Counted from the whole stretch's first letter, positions 20,301-35,113 are shown. The stretch is 63,985 nucleotides of DNA, filler included, from Licmophora abbreviata (GCA_900291995.1; 15 parts of 15 records of this genome joined end to end with filler, not necessarily neighbours in it), one strand, 5' to 3'. The notes: generated from the letters alone by a model not told the origin. Program-made: numbers and translations.

Positions 20301-23300
20301 CTCGGGGGCCGATTCTCGCTCTGGTGCCTTCTTCACGCCTGGTTCGGGTTCTCGTGGGCGCTCCCAAGTGGTCACGTTGTCCGCTTCATGCAAGTAGTAA
20401 GGTTGACCGGAAGCGGGGTCAGCATACTCGACCCATCCTTCCGGCAGTGCTTCGCCTTCTTTGTCGCAAGAGGGCACGTCGACATTCGTTGCTTTGCCCG
20501 GCTCCCGACTATCCGGCACGGGGGTATCTGTCGCTTTGGGAGGGGCGGCATCGGTTGGTTCATCCCGCGGTTCCAGTTGTTCATTGGGAGCTATTTCGGT
20601 CGTCTTATCTGCCGTGGGAGCTATGACTGGTCTTTCCCACGTCGTTGTCCCTTCCGATTCATTTAAATAGTATGGATGTCCCGAAGTTTGATCAATCAAC
20701 TTGACCCAGCCTTGGGGCAATGCATCTTCGCCTTCGCTGGCCTCCGCGACTTCGTCTATCGACTCAATCGCGTCATCTTCCGGAGCCTCTGACGGAGTCG
20801 CCGCGCTCGAGTCTTCTATGATCGATTCCACAGGCGCACCCGCAACCGATTCCTGCTCTTTCTCACCGTCGTCTACAACACCAGAGGCATTGGACTCTTC
20901 TGACTTCGTCTTTTCATTTGTGGGCCTTTCCCAAGTCGTCGTGTTGTCGCCCTCATTCAGGTAGTAGGTGTTTCCTGACGCGGGGTCGACTAGTTCGATC
21001 CAACCCGGAGGGAGCGCAGATGGCTGAATTTCCACCTTCTCTTCCACTGTGTGCTCGTGGGTAGCATTCACATCTTCATGCATACTCTCATGAGTGGCCG
21101 GCCGCGTCGTCTCGACCAGCTCAATTTTCGGCTCTTCTACTTCGCCAACCGGGGCTGGCGTGGTGCCATCCGCTGCGTCCGACGCCTCGGACAGGTTGTG
21201 TTCCATGCGAGGCTCTGTGATCTCATCGGGTGGGACGAAGGGTCGTTCCCATGTGGCCACGCCCGTAACTTCGTTAACGTAGTAAGGAGTTCCTGATGGG
21301 TCGAACACTTCAGTCCAGTCAGGAGGGAGTTCCCCATTTCGATCGGGCGGAACCTCAGTTTCCACAGGCGACGCCTCACTCTTGTAAGCCGCTCCCGACG
21401 AGCTTTCCACTTGGTCTTCCGGGTTCATTGTAGTATCCTCCCTATAAGTAGAAGGGATCTTCCCATCGACAATCTCAGGCGACACGATGTTCCACTCTCC
21501 ATCTCTTTCTTCTGCTGAGGCCGATGTCTGTTCAGGAGTAGGCGCGTTCTCAGTGTCGTCTTCCGCCACGGGACGACCAGTATCTTCTGGTTGAGCTCCA
21601 GTTACAAATTGGTCACACGTGTCAAGATCTACGGCCTCGACGCTCATCTCTACCTGTGACTGCACCGGTCTTTCCCAAGAATTGACATTTTCAGCAGCAT
21701 GAAAGAAGTAAGCAGACCCCGAAGACTCATCGATCAGTTCCTGCCATCCCTCCGGTAGATGCGCCTCGCTGGAATGCGCAGATTCTGTCGGACGTGGCTC
21801 GTCCTGCACCACTCCCGATGAACCTTCCGTGACTTCCGCCTCTGGCGACGCCTGTTCGTCTACTTGATTCTCGGGAGAAATATCCTGTCCAAGATCAGTC
21901 CTCACCGCTTCCACAATAAGACTTTCAGGACTTCCATTGGTACCTGGAGTCGCTTCCACCGCATCGGTATCTACAGAAGGTGCATCGGTCACTCCTGCAA
22001 TCGCTTCGCTCGACAGCACGTCTTCTGCAACTTCAGTCGGAATCGAGGGACGGTCCCAACTCGTCTGACCGTTCAGTGCATTGACGTAGTAAGATCTCCC
22101 ACTGGACGGGTCCACGTACTCGGCCCATCCATCGGGTAGCGCAGATATCTCGTGTGAACCGACACTGTCTTGTGCTTCTTCAACCCCGATCTCTTCTGCC
22201 GAGGACTCAAATATCATTGGCACAACTTCATCCGTCACTTCAGATTCCGCTTGCTTTTGTTCGTCGGCTTCTGGGGCGACGTCAAACTTGGGTGGGCGCT
22301 CCCATGTGCTGGTACCGAGACGATCGCCGATGTGGTAGAAAAAAGGCATTCCAGACGACCCATCCACTTCCTCAACCCATCCTTCCGGAAGCGCCTCCTC
22401 TTCTTGTCCTGTCTCGGGGCTACCGGTATCTTCGACGCTATCGGCTTCCACTGGAGGTTCCGGCGTCTCCTGCGCAGGAGCGGTTGACTCTGGGACCCGC
22501 TCTTCGACTTCTGACCCCGTCTGCTCCGATCGGCCAATCATGTCAGGTTCGCCTGTGCTCTCCGGCTGTATTTCACATTTCGCCTCCTCGGCAACCGCTG
22601 GCTCGGGACGTTCCCATGTAGTGACATTTTTCAAAGCCTGATAATAGTACGGCATGCCTGAGCCTTCGTCAATCAACTCTTGCCACCCAGCGGGTAAGCC
22701 AGAAGACTCAATCGGTGTCTCCGCCGCATCCTCAACAATGGCATCCTCATCAATAACTCGTCGTTCCTCCTCGATTGCAAGGTCGACCGGCGGCGCCTCC
22801 TCCGGTTCCTCCTCTACCGGAAGAGGCTCCTTCACCTCCTCTTTGAAATCTATCACGGGATCCTCCTCCAGAGCAGCGTCATCCACTTGCTCTTCGATTT
22901 CGGTCGGGCGTTCCCACGTTGTCGTGCCATCGACATGGACATAGTAAGAACGATTGGATGTCGGGTCGACATGTTCAGCCCATCCATTCGCAAGCAACGG
23001 AGCAACGGTCGACACGGTATCATTTTGTTTCTTATCCTCTCCACCTCCCGTGTCGCTTTCAATTTCAATGCCCTCGTTTACACTCGAACTTTCCAATTCT
23101 ATTTTCGCCTGCTCCACAACCGTTTCACCCTTCCTCAAGATTTCCGCTTCGTTCACACTGTCCTGCGATCGCTGCTGCGGCACTTCCATTTCGGGTGTCG
23201 ACAAAATACGTGCCACGGCCGGCGGTTGCGACAAGGGAGGTAACAAACCGCTCGTGGGCGGATGCGGCGGTACGACGTCAGGCTCTGGCAAGGTGGGAAT

Positions 23301-24293
23301 GCTCGGTGCACCACTCGCAGTAGCAGTTGTGCTCATGGCAGTAGCAACGGACTCGGTTGGAGCCGATGAACGCGTCTGGACGGGAGGAGGCTTGCTTGTA
23401 GCACTGTTCAACGGCGGCGGCATTTTGAACCCCCCAAAGGCTCGTCGCGTCGCGGATTTTACTGCAGGGGACGCCTTCGGACTTGGTAACTTTAACTGAA
23501 CTCGGGGCGAGTGATGCAGAGTCGTACGTGGCAGAGACAGCGGTCTGCTTCCACTAGTAGTACCAACAACACGCGGCGATGCAGGAGGTGCAAAGGTGGC
23601 AGTCGTTGTAGCACTAGTACGCTGTCGCACCACGGAAGGAGGTCCTTGCGGAGAAGCCATCACGCGACTGAAAGCAGGAGGGTGGCTCGTAGTCGGTGGT
23701 GGAGCAACGTTAGAAGGTGGAACAGCAACAGGAGGAGGACCTGCCGTCGTTGCTATTGTCGCATTTGACGTTGATGCAAAGGGTATGCCGGAAGAAGGAT
23801 TTGCAGTAGCAGCATTGGTATGCATGAATTGCTGCTGCGGCTGCTGAAGCAGTGTCGGAGGTGGTCCGACTGGAGGCGCAGTACTCGTACTCGGGGCACG
23901 GCCCACCGGCGCTGCTCCCAGCATGGTCGTTTCCGGTACAAGTGGAGCGGGGGCTGCTGCAAAAGTAGTAGTAGGGGGAGGCGGTTGCTGCTGCTGCTGC
24001 ACACCACTACTGGCAATAGTACTGGTGCCAGTAGAAGAGGCACGAGTAAACAAGGCGGATGCTGCCGATGTGACCAAATTAATGGTGGACGACAAAGCCC
24101 CCGATTCATCATGGTCGTCGTAGTAGTTGTCTTCCTCTTGCTCGTCGTGAGAGTGAGACACGGGAGGGGCTCGCTGTCCTTGCTGAGAATAATGAAATGC
24201 TGGAGGGGGCGGTCCCCCTGGAGGTCCTCCCCCGCCTGTGGAGTCCGGAGGGGGCGGCGGCGGGCCTGGTGGAGGCGGCTGCGACGACCACAT
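17386..24293 (-). CDS. SEC16: Sec16 (COPII/ER exit-site scaffold) with ten WW domains
   Basis: ORF 24293-20160 continues across the spacer (32-nt flank overlap) into HAIAIFGFGGRL, then the Sec16 core (VEDLLLLGKREQAV..FAMALLVAS, WKRHLAAIVSN, LGDSL..HAAHFCY) and C-terminal LGEQMQAYYDKDLGCWV. Introns at 19381-19472 and 17835-17922. One apparent 1-nt frameshift near 19623. Confidence 0.85.
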
Positions 24294-24979
24294 GCTTTTC
24301 TCTCTTCAAACGCAAGTCAGGAGAGAGAGCTTGGACGTTCGTACGCCAGGACGAATGAGTAGCACTTCTTGACACGCAACGGCGGCGACGACAATGGTCC
24401 CTTGTGCACACAGCCAACAGGGTCGATCTTTGATCTTTAGTCTGTGGTGTTTTTTGGAGCGCACGGTCATTTCTCATTTCAGTTTTCAATTTTAGATTGT
24501 TCATTCTGCCGGGCGATGGAAGTACCGTACTGAAACAATATGTTAATTATGTATGTATACCAAATATATTCATCTCTATCTCAACGGATNNNNNNNNNNN
24601 NNNNNNNNNNNNNNNNNNNNNNNNNNNNNNNNNTTAATTAATTAANNNNNNNNNNNNNNNNNNNNNNNNNNNNNNNNNNNNNNNNNNNNTTTTGCCAACA
24701 AGGAACAAGAACGCAGGCATCCTCATGAACAAAGATACGGCTCCAAGTTTCGCGTTTGTCTAAGAGCACAGCAGATTACGTTTCATATTCAAAAACACAC
24801 CGCTTTCACGAAGGAAGGTTTCATCGGAGGAAAGTCAGTGGCTCCTGACTGAAATCTCTGTCGATTTTGATTCAGAGAAGCAACACGGTCATTTTCCAAA
24901 AGTGAGCAGTCGTGACTCTCGAATACAGCGCTGCGAGTCGCCGCTGCTTCATTAGTCTACTACAACACCTGGTACCACC

Positions 24980-27900
24980 ATGACGGACGAATCTCCCCCG
25001 ATAGAGGCAGGAGTAGTCGCTAAAGAGAAAGAAGAAGAGAAAGACCCAAGTGTCAAGTTTGCACCGCCCGATGCTGCTGAATCTGTAACAGCTTCTCCAA
25101 CAGACGCTCCTGTCCCAACGATCCAAGATGACTCTTCTACTGCTGATCCTGCAACGACTACTGCATTGCGTCAACGCCGTCGCTTGTCTAGCAGCAGTAC
25201 TAGTACTACGCTGATGAACGACGACAAGACGGCCACGATTTCCTTTTCCCGACACGTCAATGAAATGATTGGGACTTTGGTCGACTCCTCGGCATCCATG
25301 GACAAGAAAAGAGCCACGGCACGGTCTCTTCAACCCTTTCTTCGACAAATCGATGCCTACGTGGAGATTGCAAGTAGTACTGATTCGAAAACGCAAGAGC
25401 AGGATGCGACGTTTGCGCAGCTACCGCCCTTTGCGTGGAACCCCCATTATCGGAAGGCATATACGGTCTGCATTTGGGTCCGACCCGTTGTGGACAAGAG
25501 TACAACTACTACTGCTAGTAGCAGTAGTAGTGACACTGGTACAACTGCGCAACTACAAACTGAAAAACGACAAAAAGTCTTGTATCGATTCAGTACAGCC
25601 GAGGATGACCCAACCGGAGTTGGTATTTGTGTCACCTTGGGAGATACTTGGACGCTGGTACAAGAACATAAGCAGGAATCCCATCACGAGGCATCCGACG
25701 TGTTGTTATTGGAAACGACCATAACTGCCTACTGCTTACCGTATCCATCTTCGCAGCAAAACAATTTCATTCATCTTCCGCTGCTTCTGCCTGCCAATAC
25801 GTGGAGTCTGGTGAGCTGCACGCACGTCTTTCCGTATTTGAAACGGCCGCAGTGGACGCTCTGTGTCAATGGACGGACTCAGGGAACGGGAGAGTTGAAT
25901 TATCCTGTGCTGGAGGGTGGTCATCGTGCGTACATGACGCACAACACCTTGTTGCAGAATGTCACTTATGGAGGTGTGCGAGACATGGAAACTGCTACTG
26001 AGGGAGCCGAGACCAAGAAAAAGCGACACGATCAAATGACGGCGAGCGAGTTGAATGCACCGAGACCCTTTGTGATACGCCCGCTGAAAATGCAGGTGGC
26101 CAGTGTGGCGCTGCATTCCGACGCGCTGGCTCCCATTTTACAACAGGTGTTGTTTGATGCCGGTCCGTCGCTCTCCTTGCAGCAGTACGGACGTATTGTG
26201 ACCCATTTGCCTCCCGTCTCGAACGATACCAAGGGAACGTCTCTTGACGGTGGTCCTAGCGTTGGTGTGCCCTTGTCAACGCATGAGTACGCGTTGACGT
26301 TGCAACGGATGGCAAGTGCGTCATCTGCTGTTACGTCGTCCAAAAGTTCCAGCAATGCCAACGCCAGTGGGTCGCTCTGGTTTGGTGCAACACAAGCGAA
26401 AGTTTTCAATACACGGATCGTTTTGCCCATGCGAGCCCTGCCCGGAGAGTTCCATGATACTCCCAAGGTGGGACTTGTGCAGCCAGGTCTGCCTGGAAAT
26501 CACACTGGCACTTCAGAAATGGCTTTACACTTCTTTGGTGAAAACACTCATGTAGTACACACACTGTCCGAGTATTTATTGCAGTGCGACGATATGCGGC
26601 TGGATACGCACTTGCAAGAAACGTCGCAGCACTTTTCGCTCCATTGGATGGAGCAGCAATTGCTGTCGACACTGGTCATGCCGTTCTTCTTGGCGCAGGT
26701 GCCAACTGGATATGGAATGGATTTGCAGACGGTCTTGTACGAACGGTCACTGGAGAGTTTGTTTGAGCTTTACGTGGACCAGGGTGAATGGGCGGCGACC
26801 CTCATTATGATGCTGCGTGATGCGATTCAGTATCAAGGAGCACGAACTCACGAGTATGTTTTGCAGGCGGGCTTGTTGAATGTTTTGACTTCCACGCTGC
26901 GACGGACGCTGGTACGAGCCCAACAGCTCCAAGTGTATCAGTTTGACACTTACAAAGCGTTTCGAGAGAATTTGAAGCACGGCGATAACGAGCCACCATA
27001 TACGAACGTCATTTGTCCGAAAATGATCCCGAATCGAGTGGTGGAGGCTTGTGCCAGTTTAATTCGAGCCTGTTGTGGTGGCGCGTCGTCCGCGCTGGCG
27101 TCGTCCCCCACGGACAATGTCGTTCGAAGAAGCTCCGACTTGGCTATGGCGGCAGTGTTTGGACTTGGCCTTGATCTGGACTTGTGGGGACTGAATGTTC
27201 CTGCAGCGGAACATATCTTCGGCACAGTGGCGGCATTATACCGTACGGAAGGAGACCTGTTGCGAGTTCAGATTCCCGTGCAGTCGTTTCTCGATGTCAT
27301 GCGGGTTCGATTCGACAAGCTCACACCTGCAGTGGAATCACTTGCAGACCACTTTTCGACCCTACTTCAGTCCATGCTGACCAGTTCGCTCATGAATCGA
27401 CGACAGATTGCGCCAGGCGAGCACGACGTGATGGCTTGTTTGGGTGCATTGAGCGACTGCGCTCTCGGAACGGTGGGGGCACATGTGGTGCTTACGGCGT
27501 TGGTAAATCTACATCCAGAACGTTGAGCTTTCCCAGCGACTGGCTCGCAACTTGACTATGGGACAGTATCATGAAGTTGTGGCCCCAATGCTTCTCAGTA
27601 GAACTGTATTCTCTGGGGAACGCATGATGAATCGTGGTGGTCTTCCGGAAGAGCCCTATTATCTGTGGCCGTATCATTGGCGTCTGACTCTGATTCTATT
27701 TGCGGTACGTCATGTTGCCGCACCCGCTATTTTTTTCTGTACGCTCTGCTAATTCTTCTTTCGACGTTGTTCTGTGTCGATGCCCTAGTGGACAACCTCG
27801 CTCACGGGTCCCGAGGGAGAGATTGCGGCTCGATCGACGGGTAGTCTCTTGTTTGCCTCAGCTTTGGCAGGGTCTCTGGATGGGTGCCTTGTGCAGGACA

Positions 27901-30900
27901 ATTCGAGGGACAAGAAGGCACTCTCGGCATTATTTCTTCCTCTTCCGTCCATGGCGTTTGCAAGTGTCAACAACAATCGTGGTGGCCGCAGCGACAACAG
28001 GTAACGACATTGTGAATGATGCGGTGACAAGCGTGTTCATGACCTTTTCCTCACCAGACAATGATCCTTCTTGGGTTCGTTCTTCTTCAGTCCCCGATCA
28101 TACAACGATCTCTTGTCAAGTAGACTACAAGTTATGATGCCCTTGCTTCCTGGACTCGTGGCTTCGTTGGTTTCACACCCTGCAGACGTGAACAACCAAG
28201 CTGGCGAGGAACTATTGGACCCAGATAGTTTGGACGTGTTGACTGAAATCTTCAACGCTGTCGCTGCTTCGTTTCGCCGCGTTTTCGGCGGTCTAGCTCA
28301 GGCAGCCATGTCGCAAGTTCGCAGGACACACACGAAGGGGCGCAGTTCCGTCATGCACTCATCCGTTGTGAAGGCGGCGAGAGAGTATGTGTCGCATCTT
28401 CTTATGGTTACTGTGCTACTCGAGAGTCATATCCAGGCTCGGAAAATTGCGGCGGCGGAAGAGATTATCGTCTTCAAGGCTCCTCGACCGGGAGGGAGTC
28501 GATCCCGCGCAAACTCTGACGCTTCCTGGGTTGAAGTGTCATCTCAGCAAGCAGACGATGCAGACGATGGCCTGCTTGATTCGCCCACTTATAGCGCCGC
28601 GTCGAAAGGCGATGTTTTGGTGGCAAAGTTATCCAACTGTCAAAGAGTCGTCACTAGAACATTGACTGATCTAATATTGAACGCCATGAAGCTCGGTGGT
28701 GGCGAGGCCTCAACTGTCATCTGGCGGGGCGTTGTTTCAACCTTGAAAGACTCTATGTTTCACGGGGCACTCACTGCTCGGCCTTCCACAAGGGTGGACG
28801 CCGTGCAAGACGGCAGCGAAAGCATCTGCGCACGGACAGAGAGTCGTGATATGTCAGAGCCTGCTGATCCTTCATTAGAAGCAAGCACCGCCTCGTCAAG
28901 ATCGACCGCGAAGCGCGATCTTGTAGCTCACAACATTCTGTGCCGACTTGCTGCATTGGTTCTTACCAAAGCGCAAAGACGGGACTATGACTGGGAGCTG
29001 TGGAATGCTGATCTTTGTGCCGCGATTTCCCGCCTTTGTGGCATGGTAGAGGAGAAAGACCTTTTGTTGAAGCCCTTGGAACCGCCCGAAGACCAATTTA
29101 AGGCGGAGAATGCTGGTGCCACCCCGAGAGATGGATCATTCCGTTACAGTCGCGACCAGATACTGCTGCTCAGCGCCCTCGTTGACGTCATGTCCTATGG
29201 ACGTGAAATGGCCGGTTGGTGCCAACTAGTTCTGCCTAATCCTCCTGCGGCTGACTTGGAATTGCCAGATGACTACAACGGGACATCGATGGGTCGCTCA
29301 GATCAAGACGAAAGCGCCTATGGTGACGAAGAATCAGATGTCTTGGTGTCGATCTCAGTTCCCGATTTAGGCCTTACTACCCCTTCAACCCCAGTGTCGA
29401 AGAGCGGGCATACTGGTTTTGTTCCACCAGAGTCACCGGCAGCGGCATCAAAGGCGATGCTGCCAATTCTCCAGCCAACGTTTCGCGTTGTTATAGGCTC
29501 CGTTAGGAATTTGAAGTCGTCCGTTGAGGTCATGATTCCGCAGGAAATGAAGTCGGGAGCGAAGACTGGTGATTCAGCTGGCAAGGAGCTGAAGCCCAGT
29601 TTCTTAAAAGCGGCGCTTCTTCAGCATATTGCTACGGAGCTACGATACACCATGATGGCAGCAGTTGTCGGTCTTTCTTTCCCCAATTCCAGGGATGTAG
29701 CCCTGAACGGCCTTGCCTCGCTTCGACGCGCAAGTGTTCACCACCGGAATGTGCAGGACGAAAGAGGCGCCGAGATTTGTTATGAGTTGTTCGCTTCAGT
29801 AGTCGAGGAAATACGAGCTCGTTATGAAGGTGAACGTCGTCTTCGTGAAAATGCACTCTTCGATGCATACGAGGACGACAAGAGTGATTACAGTGGATCA
29901 CCTGGTCGCAAGGTCCATCGATCTGAAGCCGAGTCTTCCCGGGAGGTCGAGAGGTTGATCCTTGGTGGAGACTTGATTCCTCCAGGCGCGCCCGACGACA
30001 GTGAGCAAAGTGGTACAGTCGAAGAGATCACGTTCAGCAGCGACTCTGAAGGTCATCAAACAAGGTCCCCACAACGAAAGACCGGCGAAGACTTTGTCAT
30101 GTTTCACGAAGCTTACGGTGAGACGACTAGTGATGACGTATCTAGACGAAGAGACACAACAAACATGTCAAAGATGGGCTACAGTCAGTATCAAGGTCTT
30201 GGCTCCACACTAGAAGAATGCAAGATTCTGATGAGTTCGGAAGCCGGTACAGTCACACCGAAAGATTCCAATGCGAAAGCGGAAATGCTTCTTTCTCTTC
30301 TCGCGCCTTATCTGGATACCTGGGACGAGAGTTCTGCTCGTGATGCGGCCGAATCAGAGCTAGTAGAGCTTTTCGACTCAAATATGAACACGGGGGGAAG
30401 AGTAGATGAAGATGGTCAAATGCCAGAAATGCAATCAACGGCTCACTTGCTCATGGGTGGATCTGAGACTGCCGCCGACGCCATGAGCACATTCATAGAA
30501 ATGGCGTCCGTGGAGAAGTCTCGGCGCAATGAGATGGTATCGATGTATTTGCCATCCCACAGGCATAGTCTCAGAGCGTACACCGAGCGCTTCTGCTTGG
30601 CCCGTTACATGGAAATGGCGAAGGATGGAAACGACGACAGTATGGAAAGCTTGTGGGAGAGAGGAATCTCCGACGGGAATCGTGATATTCGGAGTCGACT
30701 GATCAGCGTGCCGTGCAACCCACAGTTTAGACGCTACATTCCTTCGTATCTTGATCATAGCCCAACCCCGATGGATGGAGGCGAGTCACCTTTGAAAGCA
30801 GCTCCCGAGAGCAGCTCAAATGTGGACGATGGCAGTCGACGAGCGAGCACCGACGAACTCGAGATCACCGAACTCACGAAAAACCTTCTTGAAGCCGGGA

Positions 30901-33900
30901 ACATTGAAATTGTCGACATCACGAAGAAAGAACAGATCGAAGACGAAGCCCTTCCGGAAATGGACGCGGAAGCTTTGAAACTTTTTGATGAAAGGGAAGA
31001 TGACGATTTTTATGGTGATGGCTCTCTTGGCTTTCCTTCGGGAGATGAAAGCGATCGCGAGTCTGGCAAAGGATCGACTTCTGAGAATTCAAATGACGCC
31101 AACGAGAGCAATGACGACTCGACGAATACGGAAATGGCTGCGGAGACGGATCCATCCAACGAAGAAGAGTTCAAGGAACAACTTGGCGACAAATCAGAGA
31201 TTGCCTCGTTTCATCACAATATTGCGTCTAGCCCTTTTTCTCATCCTCCAGATAACTCGTCTTCGATGTTGAACACTATCCACTCGTCGCAAGCGATTTT
31301 GATCGAAGAACACTTTGATGAATGTCTGCACGTGAAGGCCGAAGGTAGCAGAAAATGTACGATTTTCCTTTCTGCCACGCATCTCATCCTTGAATATGAT
31401 GCGGAAGCGCAGGGACTGTTCGAAGGAGAAATGCTTGCCGTGCAGGAGGAGGCGGAGCGGCAACGCATGATAGAGGAAACGGGGGGCCAAGGCGACTCAG
31501 ACGTAAAAGACGAAGACCGGCGACAACTTCTTGAGCGACAGCATCGTGAAGTCGCAGCAACCCGTCCCCGATCAGTACGATGGAATCTTTCCGAACTCTC
31601 GCATGTCTATCTGCGCCGTTATCGACTACGCGATTCTGCTCTTGAAATGTTCTTCATTCCCTCCGGAGGGAGTTCATTGGGAGGGTTTGGGTTGTTTTCA
31701 GCGGGGAGTTCTCTGTTTCTGGATTTCGGGGCTGGCCACGACGGCAACATGCGACGTGACGAAGCTGCAAACGGAATCATGAGAAGGGCCCCGCCTCAGG
31801 CAGTGAAGCAGTGGCCAGACAAGAGCCGACAGTTCCTTTATGAACAGCTGAGCCGACTGACGATAGGATGGGTCGATGGCCGTATCACGAACTTCGATTA
31901 TCTTTTGCATTTGAACATGCTTGCAGGTCGCAGCTACAATGATCTTTGTCAGTATCCAGTCATGCCCTGGGTGCTGGCGAACTACAGCTCCGAAGAGATC
32001 CCCGACCTTGGAGATCCAATGAACTACAGGGATCTCTCAAAGCCGATCGGGGCCTTGAACCCTGATCGCCTTAATGATTTCGTTGAGAGATTTGAGACCT
32101 TCTCCGACCCCACGATTCCGCCGTTCATGTACGGCAGCCACTACTCGACAAGCGCGGGTGTCGTCTTGCACTTTCTTGTCCGTATGCACCCGTTTGCTGG
32201 GTTGCACAGACAACTGCAAGGAGGACATTTCGATGTTGCGGACCGTCTTTTTAGTTCGGTGCCCCGCACGTGGGAGATGTGCACTGGCAGCTCCGCGGCC
32301 GAAGTGAAAGAACTGACTCCAGAGTGGTATAGTAGCCCGGCCTTCCTGAAGAACACAAATAGGTTCAAGCTCGGAACATCTCAGGAAGGCGAGCTCCTGG
32401 GCGACGTGACTCTGCCACCGTGGGCGAAAGGAAGTCCAGAGAAGTTCGTAGAAGTAATGAGAAACGCCCTCGAGAGTGACATCTGTTCCGAAATGCTCCC
32501 TGACTGGATTGATCTTATATTTGGGAGGTACGTTGAGAACTGCATAGGCTCTCACTTGCATGTGACGTACTCGCCTCATTCCGACTTGCTTCGCCCTCCG
32601 CTACTTTTGTAGAAAGCAGCAGGGCCCTGAAGCGATCAAAGCAGCACAATGTGTTTTTCTACCTAACGTACTACGGAAGCGTGGACGTTGCTAGCATTGA
32701 AGACGAGTCACTTCGAATTGCGACCGAGCTACAGATCGCCCATTTTGGTCAGTGTCCTATGCAACTTTTCTCCCGGAGCCACGTCCGACGTGTCCAACGA
32801 ATACGGAACTTTCGAAAGCTGTCGTTCTATCAGATGCTGAGTGCGTATACCCAAGGCGCCGGTCCTTCTTCCATTGAGGAACAAGACAATGAAGACGACG
32901 AGACATCCAACGACAAGGAGGATGTAAACATTGATGGGTCCCAACGACTCTTTGGCGCCCCTCTTTTTCTCCCATTCTTTTCCGCGCCGGTATCTCATTG
33001 GGTACATCTCGACGCGCCCCCTCCTGGACCACATGCAGCACTGACAGCGATCCGATTGGCTGGGACCGATCGAGTCCTTGCAGTGGATGCCCAAGGTATC
33101 TTTCACTCTTTCCGATGGGCCTGGAAGCCAGAGGTTTCGTCTCTGGAAGATGAAACACTACTCAATTACTCGGCGGACTCTCGACCGATTGACAAGGGAT
33201 GCTTTGTTGCACAGAGAGAGCTACCGCGTTTTCGCATCGTCCCTCGCTTGCCGTACGTCCCATCGAAGCGTTCCGGAGAGGCAAGTACATCGCCGCCTGC
33301 AGTCGCCATTTCCAAGACGCTCTTCGCGGGGCGCTCCGTTCTACTCGTTCTTAGCGATGGCGACGGGTGTGGCGCCTTGTCAATGCAGTTGGTGGACCCA
33401 GCCAAGGGCACCATCAAGGGCGAGGCAATCGTTCCTGTCGTACACAGCAGTCGAATCACGTGCATTACTATGGATCCCATCGGAACCGCGGCTGGCCACG
33501 GTGGCGTCGGCGGAGAGCTCGCCATCATCGGTAGCGCCGATGGAGGAGCAACTCTATGGCGATTCATGTCTTCCCACTATCTACCACTGCGTCCTCGTGT
33601 CCGCCTTGCAGGACATGGTGGATCCAAGGTTCAGGCTGTCGCCTTGAGCAGCGCGATTCACATTTGCGCTTCGCTTTCTGAGAAGCGATGTTGCGTGTTT
33701 AGCGTTGGAAACGGTACCATGATTCGTAGCTTCGCTCCGCCCCAGGACACATTGGACTTTCCCGTGAATGATGATATTCAGACGCGTACCGTCTTTGCTG
33801 ATACGCCTGCCTTAGCGCTTAGTGTCCAGGGATTCGTCGTGACTGTTTGCAAGACGACAATTCAATCGACGAGCACTCCTTCACTCAACCGTCATGTCAT

Positions 33901-34454
33901 CACTCTGCACTTGTTCTCGCTCGAGGGCGTGAGCTTGGGCTCCAAGGCACTAGAGTCGTGGCGTGGTGTGCCGCACAAGATTACCTGCACTCCAGATGGA
34001 ACGGCCATTACCGTTTGCAGCGGGCGTGGGGTGACGATTCACAGGCTTTCCGCCATTACACCGTTGGAATTCATTGACGAATGGCACATTACCGAGGCGG
34101 AGGAACTGGACGAGAATGTACCTGCTGCTTGGGATGTGGACTTTGGCCCATCGCTCATGCGTCCTGTCGTGGCGGCAGCTGCATGCTCTGCAGGATCGCT
34201 ACGACTTCACGCGCTGCCTGGTATCACAGCTTGGAGCGAGCGGCACCGAAAGTCGAGCATGGGTGCTGCTGTAGGCCATGCGCTAGCCAAACCAGCAAAA
34301 CGCATCAAGTCTGGCGGTCGGTAAGGGACTTGGACTGGGAAGCAGATTCGTAGGTCTCGGCAAAGAGATTGGACGAGAAGTTCAGAGCGATGTAAAAGAA
34401 AAAGGTGTCGGTGGCTTTTTGGCGAACCTGACGCTTCGAAAGTCGTCTGGGTAG
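24980..34454 (+). CDS. Large BEACH-domain protein (neurobeachin/LRBA-like: LamG-like region, PH-BEACH, BEACH, WD40)
   Basis: RRYRLRDSALEMF (PH-BEACH); ITNFDYLLHLNMLAGRSYNDLCQYPVMPWV, YGSHYS, GGHFDVADRLF, VKELTPEWY, LPPWA, WIDLIFG, FGQCPMQLF (BEACH); WD-like C-terminus. Inferred introns at 27705-27788, 28001-28090, 32528-32612. Apparent 1-nt indels near 27506, 32644 and 34313. Confidence 0.85.
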
Positions 34455-34633
34455 ACTAGAGATGTAATCTCATCGTAATATCGGTTTGATTTCATTGGGC
34501 TCTGGTCTGGGAATGCTTCAATATCTGGTGGTTCTACGTACAATCTCCCTTGTTACTTAAGAAGGAAATAGGCACTTTAATTTTCTCTACACAAGAGAAC
34601 AGTCGTTGACTGATCGCCATTCGCTTTCTCACC

Positions 34634-35113
34634 TCACGCTAACATGGACACTATTTCGGGATGGCCATTCTTTTGGGCAAAATCACGAGCCGTCCACTTT
34701 CGAAACCAGCGCTTCACAGTCAGATCCGCTTTGGCCCCGCGCTCCACAAGCAGTCGCGCAATTGCCTCGTGACCATTCTGGGAGGCAACCATCAAAGGGG
34801 TCATCCCATTCTTGGTGGCCAGATCCACAGTGGCACCTCGTTCCAGCAGCAATCGCACAATATCCACGTTTCCATTCCGAGTGACGACATGGAGCGGTGC
34901 CGTGCCATCCTTCATGACTTGATTCGGATGGGCACCTCGATCCAGTAGCAGGCGAGCAATGGCCTCGTGTTCCAACCAGCATGCCACGAGGAGGGGCGTG
35001 TTACCATCGTTCATTTCCTGATTTACGTTTGCCCCTCGATCCAACAAGAACTTCGCAACCGCCTCGTGCCCGCCCTCCGATGCAGCGTAGAGAGGCGTCC
35101 TTCCATCGGACGA
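34634..35113 (-). CDS. Ankyrin-repeat protein (5' end lost in the spacer)
   Basis: Repeated GxTPL...GH..IARLLL.RGA units. Confidence 0.88.
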   Translation of the reverse strand, partial: SSDGRTPLYAASEGGHEAVAKFLLDRGANVNQEMNDGNTPLLVACWLEHEAIARLLLDRGAHPNQVMKDGTAPLHVVTRNGNVDIVRLLLERGATVDLATKNGMTPLMVASQNGHEAIARLLVERGAKADLTVKRWFRKWTARDFAQKNGHPEIVSMLA

